64,000 nt of DNA from Candidatus Omnitrophota bacterium (lineage in GTDB: Bacteria > Ratteibacteria > UBA8468 > B48-G9 > JAFGKM01), in the NCBI GenBank assembly GCA_016928555.1, contig JAFGKM010000051.1, positions 2,315 to 66,314 on the forward strand, read 5' to 3'. A program made the position numbers and the translations under genes. Shown in pieces: positions 59,075 through 64,000 of this stretch (positions are counted from its first letter, which is position 1; every line of letters begins with the position of its first letter). Under the pieces are notes generated by a model. That model was not told the origin of the DNA. It did no database searches and worked only from the letters and a program-made list of their open reading frames with translations.

Positions 59075-60448
59075 TCAGCGCGGGAATTTTTTGCGCAGCA
59101 GATTTTTAAATTCCGCATAATCGCTTTCCATGGTCGCAAAATCCTCCCTCACGCCGTCAAGCCCTGAAAGCGAGAAAGGCAAAGGCGGTTCAAGATTCAG
59201 CAGAGCCCTGATTTTTTCCGGGAACTTGGCGGGATCTGCGGTTTCTATGCATACAACGGGCGAAGAACAGTCATCCTTTTCCGCCGCCCTTATTCCCACC
59301 GCGCCGTGCGGTTCTATCAATATCCCGCAATTTTTAAAGTATGCCGTTATGGTTTCGTCCACCTCTTTTTCGGTAACGGAATACGACGAAAAATCCGTTC
59401 TCATTTTTTTCATGTCGGGCTGTATCTTCAGGACTCCCTTTTTCAATACCGTTCCGATTTCATCCCTCTCGTCTGTCAACCAGCCGCCGTAAATGTCCAT
59501 GAGGCGCGACAGGTTGCTGGGATGCCCTACGTTCATTGCATTGGAACTGCACTCCCTTGACGGCACAACGGGTTTATAGACGCCGGTTTCCATGAATTCG
59601 GGAAACTCGTCGTTTTCATTCACTGCCGCAATGAATTTTTTAACGGGCAGTCCCATTTTTTTTGCAAAGACTCCTCCCATAATGTTGCCGAAATTGCCCG
59701 AAGGCACTGAAAAAACAACCTCGTCCTTTTTCAGGCGGGAGTATGCGTAAAAATAGTAAACTATCTGCGGCATGAGGCGTCCGAAGTTTATTGAGTTTGC
59801 CGAAGTGAGCCCGAGACATTCCAGTTCGCTGTCGTTGAAAGCGCGTTTTACAATCGCCTGGCAGTCGTCAAATTTACCTTTTACGGCAACGGGAAAGACG
59901 TTGTCTCCCAGGGTTGTCATCTGTTTTCTCTGCCTTTCCGTAACTTCTCTAAAAGGAAAAAGAACAACAACATTCGTATTATCCAGCCGGTGAAAAGCAT
60001 TTGCCACTGCGCCGCCCGTATCGCCCGAAGTTGCGACCAGAACAGTCAGTTTTCTGCTCTCTCTGCTCGCGAAATACTGCATGAGTTGTGCCATCATGCG
60101 CGCCGCAAAATCTTTAAACGACGCGGTAGGGCCTTTGGTAAGCCAGAGGATGTAAAGATTATCTCGGACGTATTGAACGGGAACATCAAAGTTGTAGGCG
60201 GAAACGGCCATTTTTCCAAGAAGCTCACGGGGTATATCCTCACCCAGAAACTTTTTCATTATAGTGCAGGCGATGTGCGGATAATCCATTCTGTCGAAAG
60301 CGGATATTTCTTTTTTTGAAATTACGGGCATTTTAACCGGCATATAAAGGCCGTAATCGGGCGCCTGCCCTCTCAAAAGCGCTTCGCTGAAATCAACTTC
60401 CGACGATTGTCTGTTCGTACTTCTGAATAAGATTCTTTCCATGTTCAT
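59075..60448 (-). CDS. thrC: Threonine synthase
   Basis: GPTASFKDF, ATSGDTG, ANSINFGRL, PSGNFGN. Confidence 0.95.
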   Translation of the reverse strand: MNMERILFRSTNRQSSEVDFSEALLRGQAPDYGLYMPVKMPVISKKEISAFDRMDYPHIACTIMKKFLGEDIPRELLGKMAVSAYNFDVPVQYVRDNLYILWLTKGPTASFKDFAARMMAQLMQYFASRESRKLTVLVATSGDTGGAVANAFHRLDNTNVVVLFPFREVTERQRKQMTTLGDNVFPVAVKGKFDDCQAIVKRAFNDSELECLGLTSANSINFGRLMPQIVYYFYAYSRLKKDEVVFSVPSGNFGNIMGGVFAKKMGLPVKKFIAAVNENDEFPEFMETGVYKPVVPSRECSSNAMNVGHPSNLSRLMDIYGGWLTDERDEIGTVLKKGVLKIQPDMKKMRTDFSSYSVTEKEVDETITAYFKNCGILIEPHGAVGIRAAEKDDCSSPVVCIETADPAKFPEKIRALLNLEPPLPFSLSGLDGVREDFATMESDYAEFKNLLRKKFPR

Positions 60449-60517
60449 TGCCTTTTAAAATTGAATTGTATTATAATAACATAAAACCCGCGCATCCGGT
60501 AAAAAAAGGAAGCGTTT

Positions 60518-61507
60518 ATGAAGAGGCTGAAAATCTTACAGGCAGGCTTGGGAGGATTCGGGAAAAGCTGGGTTAAAATCATCGGCGAATCGGGTGAATG
60601 GGAACTTGCAGGCATAGCAGATGTAAACAGGGAGAACCTTGATGGAGCTGCTAAGGAATACGGAATACCTGCTGAAAAGTGTTTTACCTCTTTCGATGAG
60701 GCAGTTAAAAAAACAGAGCCTTCGGCGCTGTTGAACGTAACGCCTCCCGAATTCCATAAGGGACTTTCAATAAGAGCGTTCAAGGCAGGGCTTGATGTGC
60801 TTGTTGAAAAACCCCTCTCTGATAATATGAAGGATGCCGAGGAAATGGTTGCATCTGCCGAGAAAACCGGAAGAAAATTTATGGTGAGCCAGAATTACAG
60901 GTATAGAAGCCGGCCGAGGACATTAAAGAAACTGCTTGACGAGGAAATTGCGGGAAAAATAAGTTACGTCAAGGTTGATTTTCAGAAAATGGCGGCATTT
61001 TCCGGATTCAGGGCGGAAATGGATTACCCTCTCCTTATTGACATGGCAATTCATCATTTTGACCTGATGAGATATATAACGGGAAAGAATCCGGTCAGGA
61101 TTTACACCGACAGCTGGAACCCTTCATGGAGCAGGGCAAAGGGGGATGCCGCCTTTAATATTATGATTGAGTTTGCCGGCAATATCCATCTTTCTTATTC
61201 AGGAAGCTGGGTCAGCGCGGGAAAAGAAACCTCATGGGACGGCACGTGGGAAATCTACGGCGAAAAAGGTACGCTGTCATTGCAGGACGGAACAATATTT
61301 TTTATTACTGAAAAGGGTATGAAAAAAATCTCTGCGTTGAAACTTGAAAGGGAAGACAGATATATGGCGCTTTATGAATTTTATTCCTCAATAAAGGAAA
61401 ATCGGGAACCGGAAACCAGCGGGAGGGATAACCTCAACAGCCTGTCCATGGTCTTTAACGCGTTAAAATCGGCAAAGAGCGGACAGGCGGTTGCATTCTG
61501 CAAATAG
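60518..61507 (+). CDS. Gfo/Idh/MocA-family oxidoreductase
   Basis: GLGGFG, EKP, QNYRY, DMAIHHFD. Confidence 0.92.
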   Translation: MKRLKILQAGLGGFGKSWVKIIGESGEWELAGIADVNRENLDGAAKEYGIPAEKCFTSFDEAVKKTEPSALLNVTPPEFHKGLSIRAFKAGLDVLVEKPLSDNMKDAEEMVASAEKTGRKFMVSQNYRYRSRPRTLKKLLDEEIAGKISYVKVDFQKMAAFSGFRAEMDYPLLIDMAIHHFDLMRYITGKNPVRIYTDSWNPSWSRAKGDAAFNIMIEFAGNIHLSYSGSWVSAGKETSWDGTWEIYGEKGTLSLQDGTIFFITEKGMKKISALKLEREDRYMALYEFYSSIKENREPETSGRDNLNSLSMVFNALKSAKSGQAVAFCK

Positions 61508-61583
61508 AAAGCGAAAGGGAAAATACGCACTCCTCCCATTCCGATTTTACTTATTATTCTGAAGGAAAGACATAAAACGCCTG

Positions 61584-62870
61584 CTATTCTTCAACCCTTA
61601 GAAGTACGGTGGGCTTTTTGATGAAGGCAAGCTTGTCTATCTCGCTTATGGCATCCCTCATGGATTTTTCTTTCGCCCTGTGGGTAAGTATCAGAACGGG
61701 TACCGCTTTTTCCGGGCTTTCCTCTTTCTGTATGACCGATGCGATGCTTATGCCGTTTTTCCCGAGTATCCCGGATATGCCGGCAAGAACTCCCGGCTTG
61801 TCAAGAGCGGTAAACCTTAAATAATACCTCGTGTAAATGTCTTCCATGGAGACAGTCGTCAGTTTTTCATCTTCATAAAGCAGTGTGCTGCACGGAAGAT
61901 TTTTCTGGGCGATTTCTTTGCATATGTCCACGATATCCGCCACAACCGCGCTTGCCGCGGCTCCTCCTCCCGCGCCCTCCCCGTAAAAAAGAGACTTCCC
62001 CGCCATATCCCCTTCAATATAAACCGCGTTGTAAACGCCTTCCACCATTGACAGCAGGTGTTTCATTGGCAGAAGGGCCGGATGCACCCTTAAATCAAGC
62101 GTGTTGTCTTTTTTCTGCGCTACGGCGAGCAGTTTCACTCTGTAGCCGAATTCGGCCGTAAATCCGATGTCTATCGGCTCAACCTTTTCTATGCCTTCGA
62201 CCGGTATCTGCTTCCAGTGAACGAATTTGTTAAATGCAAGGCCCGAAAGGATTGAAAGCTTGTGGGCCGTATCAATCCCTTTGATGTCAAGGGTGGAATT
62301 TGCCTCGGCATAACCCATTTCCTGAGCCGTTGAAAGCGCCTCGGAAAAATCAAGGCGGTCCAGCGACATCCGCGTGAGAATATAATTGGTCGTCCCGTTG
62401 AGAATGGCCAAAATCCTTGATATATTGTTTCCTATGAAACTCTCGCGGATAGTCTTTATGGCGGGAATGGCTCCGGCCACGCTTGCCTCAAACCCCATGT
62501 AAAGATTTTTTTCTTCGGCAAGGCCGAATATCTCTTTAACTTTTTCCGCGATAAGCGCCTTGTTGGCGGTAACCACCGACTTGCCGTTTTTGAGAGCCCT
62601 GGTTACTATACCGTGCGCATAATCAACCCCGCCGATGAGTTCCACGACAATATCTATCTCTGGGGCGTTTACGATGTCTTCGGCAGAAGATGTGAATATG
62701 GAAGGAAATTCTTTTTGCCTGTTTTTATCCTTATCAAACGCTTTAACCACGGAGATGTCAATGCCCGTTTTTTTCTTCAGCGCCTGCCTGTTTAATTTAA
62801 GGGATCTTATAACAGAACCGCCTACAGTCCCGCATCCGATAACCCCGATTCTCAGTTTCTTTTTCTCCAT
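61584..62870 (-). CDS. hom: Homoserine dehydrogenase (with ACT domain)
   Basis: GCGTVG, VTANKA, NGTTNYIL, GYAE, DKPGVLA. Confidence 0.96.
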   Translation of the reverse strand: MEKKKLRIGVIGCGTVGGSVIRSLKLNRQALKKKTGIDISVVKAFDKDKNRQKEFPSIFTSSAEDIVNAPEIDIVVELIGGVDYAHGIVTRALKNGKSVVTANKALIAEKVKEIFGLAEEKNLYMGFEASVAGAIPAIKTIRESFIGNNISRILAILNGTTNYILTRMSLDRLDFSEALSTAQEMGYAEANSTLDIKGIDTAHKLSILSGLAFNKFVHWKQIPVEGIEKVEPIDIGFTAEFGYRVKLLAVAQKKDNTLDLRVHPALLPMKHLLSMVEGVYNAVYIEGDMAGKSLFYGEGAGGGAAASAVVADIVDICKEIAQKNLPCSTLLYEDEKLTTVSMEDIYTRYYLRFTALDKPGVLAGISGILGKNGISIASVIQKEESPEKAVPVLILTHRAKEKSMRDAISEIDKLAFIKKPTVLLRVEE

Positions 62871-62877
62871 CTTCGTG

Positions 62878-63600
62878 TTAATACAAACGCGGGGGTATTG
62901 TATTCTCGGTAAGTTCTTTTGAGCCTAAGAAAAGCTCTTTCTGCATTTCCCTGATTACATCTTCTTCGTCAGACATTGTAAGCTTGTATTCCTGCCGCAG
63001 TCGTATAGCCTTGTCAAGATGGTCGCGGCTTGCCAGATAATAAAATTCAACATGGCTCCCCTTTTTACCTTCAAGTGCGTTTTCCTTTGCAAGAGCTATT
63101 TTAACAAGGTATTCGTTCTGGTACGTTTTTCTTAAAACGGCGTTCCGTCTTTCTTTAAGTTCCTGCCAGTCCGGCACTTTAAGGGTTTCGGTACGGACGT
63201 AAAAGTACTTGTAAATATCACTGTTCATCCTGTCCAGATCTTCCAGCTTCGCAAGGTTTTCCGCCACATCCATAAGCCGGAATATCCGGTATATTTCGTC
63301 CGTCTCAAAATTGTATTCTTTCGCTATGGCAAGGGCTTTATACCCTGCCTCCCTGGCTTTTGGAAAATCTCCCGCTTCATAATATCTCTTCATAGCCGCA
63401 ACAAGCGCGTCAAACTCCCTACGTTTTTCCTCAAGAAGCTTTCTCAGCCGCTCCTTTTCAAGCTCTTCCAGCCTCCTCTGCTCTTCCATGGCGGCAAGCC
63501 TTCTCTGCTCCTCGACGTACTGGCGGTAAAAATAAAGGCCTCCTCCCACCGCGGCGAGAAGCACTAAGACAACTATCATTCTTACCAGTTTCTGCTTCAT
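62878..63600 (-). CDS. Hypothetical membrane-anchored helical protein
   Basis: N-terminal TM, E/R-rich coiled coil; ATGA overlap with trpA. Confidence 0.65.
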   Translation of the reverse strand: MKQKLVRMIVVLVLLAAVGGGLYFYRQYVEEQRRLAAMEEQRRLEELEKERLRKLLEEKRREFDALVAAMKRYYEAGDFPKAREAGYKALAIAKEYNFETDEIYRIFRLMDVAENLAKLEDLDRMNSDIYKYFYVRTETLKVPDWQELKERRNAVLRKTYQNEYLVKIALAKENALEGKKGSHVEFYYLASRDHLDKAIRLRQEYKLTMSDEEDVIREMQKELFLGSKELTENTIPPRLY

Positions 63601-64000
63601 TCCAGTTCTTTTTTTAGGTTTTTGATAGTTTCCCATAGTTCCTCTATTTTACCATCTATAATTTTTTTTACAAGAAAACTTCCTACAATTACTCCGTCCA
63701 CGCTGCTTCTTATTTTTTTGACCTGCTCCGGCGTTGAAATCCCGAAACCCGCAGAAACAGGGACGTCCGTCATTTTTCTGAACTTCTTCAATGCCTTTAA
63801 AGTTTTATCGGGCATGGCCGCCTGCCGTCCGGTCACTCCGGCATAAGTTACGAGATATACAAAACCTCCCGCATCCTTCAGTATCTTTTCCGCTCTTTTT
63901 ACAGGCGTGAAGGGTGTCAGGAAATCAATCAGCGCTATCCCGTATTTTTTTAAACTTTCCCTTGCCTCTTCACTTTCCTCCCACGGAAGGTCTGGGATTA
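63597..64000 (-). CDS. trpA: Tryptophan synthase alpha chain (partial)
   Basis: IPDLP.EE, GFVYLV...GVTG, GFGIS, DGVIVGS. Confidence 0.93.
   Translation of the reverse strand, partial: IPDLPWEESEEARESLKKYGIALIDFLTPFTPVKRAEKILKDAGGFVYLVTYAGVTGRQAAMPDKTLKALKKFRKMTDVPVSAGFGISTPEQVKKIRSSVDGVIVGSFLVKKIIDGKIEELWETIKNLKKELE

Noticed and set aside
1-64000. tRNA, rRNA, integrase, transposase, prophage or defence genes
   Set aside because: None recognised; intergenic gaps are short and explained by promoters or repeats.

Overview
A gene-dense housekeeping region from a diderm (LPS-making) bacterium. The gene content and small palindromic repeats suggest an uncultured anaerobe, possibly Omnitrophota/Ratteibacteria-like (inference only). 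About 63 CDS can be supported, in this order: an LPS glycosyltransferase cluster; a guaA(ATPPase only)-purF-carA-carB-hisH-hisF run; lpxK, EndoQ, HIT and CCA; nusA-infB-hinT-kdsADC-lptC/A-spoIID-hpf-ptsN-ptsI-pgi/pmi-metK-coaE-rho; coaX-birA-CNNM-lysS-murJ-M50-uvrC-obgE-prfB-coaB; sugar enzymes and miaB; a Trk K+ uptake operon; thr genes and partial trpA. I found no tRNA, rRNA, CRISPR array or transposase. Most notable: (1) three adjacent nucleotide-synthesis amidotransferases all show absent or degenerate glutamine-using machinery (GuaA has no GATase domain, PurF has lost the Q-loop/Arg/Asn, CarA has lost its Cys-His-Glu triad), suggesting an ammonia-dependent operon or a shared glutaminase; (2) an uncalled 47-aa membrane ORF coupled on both sides inside the trk operon, followed by an OB-fold-like membrane protein; (3) four promoters positioned to give leaderless mRNAs; (4) at least three families of short palindromic intergenic elements, one tandemly amplified and one nested. 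Gene assignments come from motif recognition by eye, not database searches.
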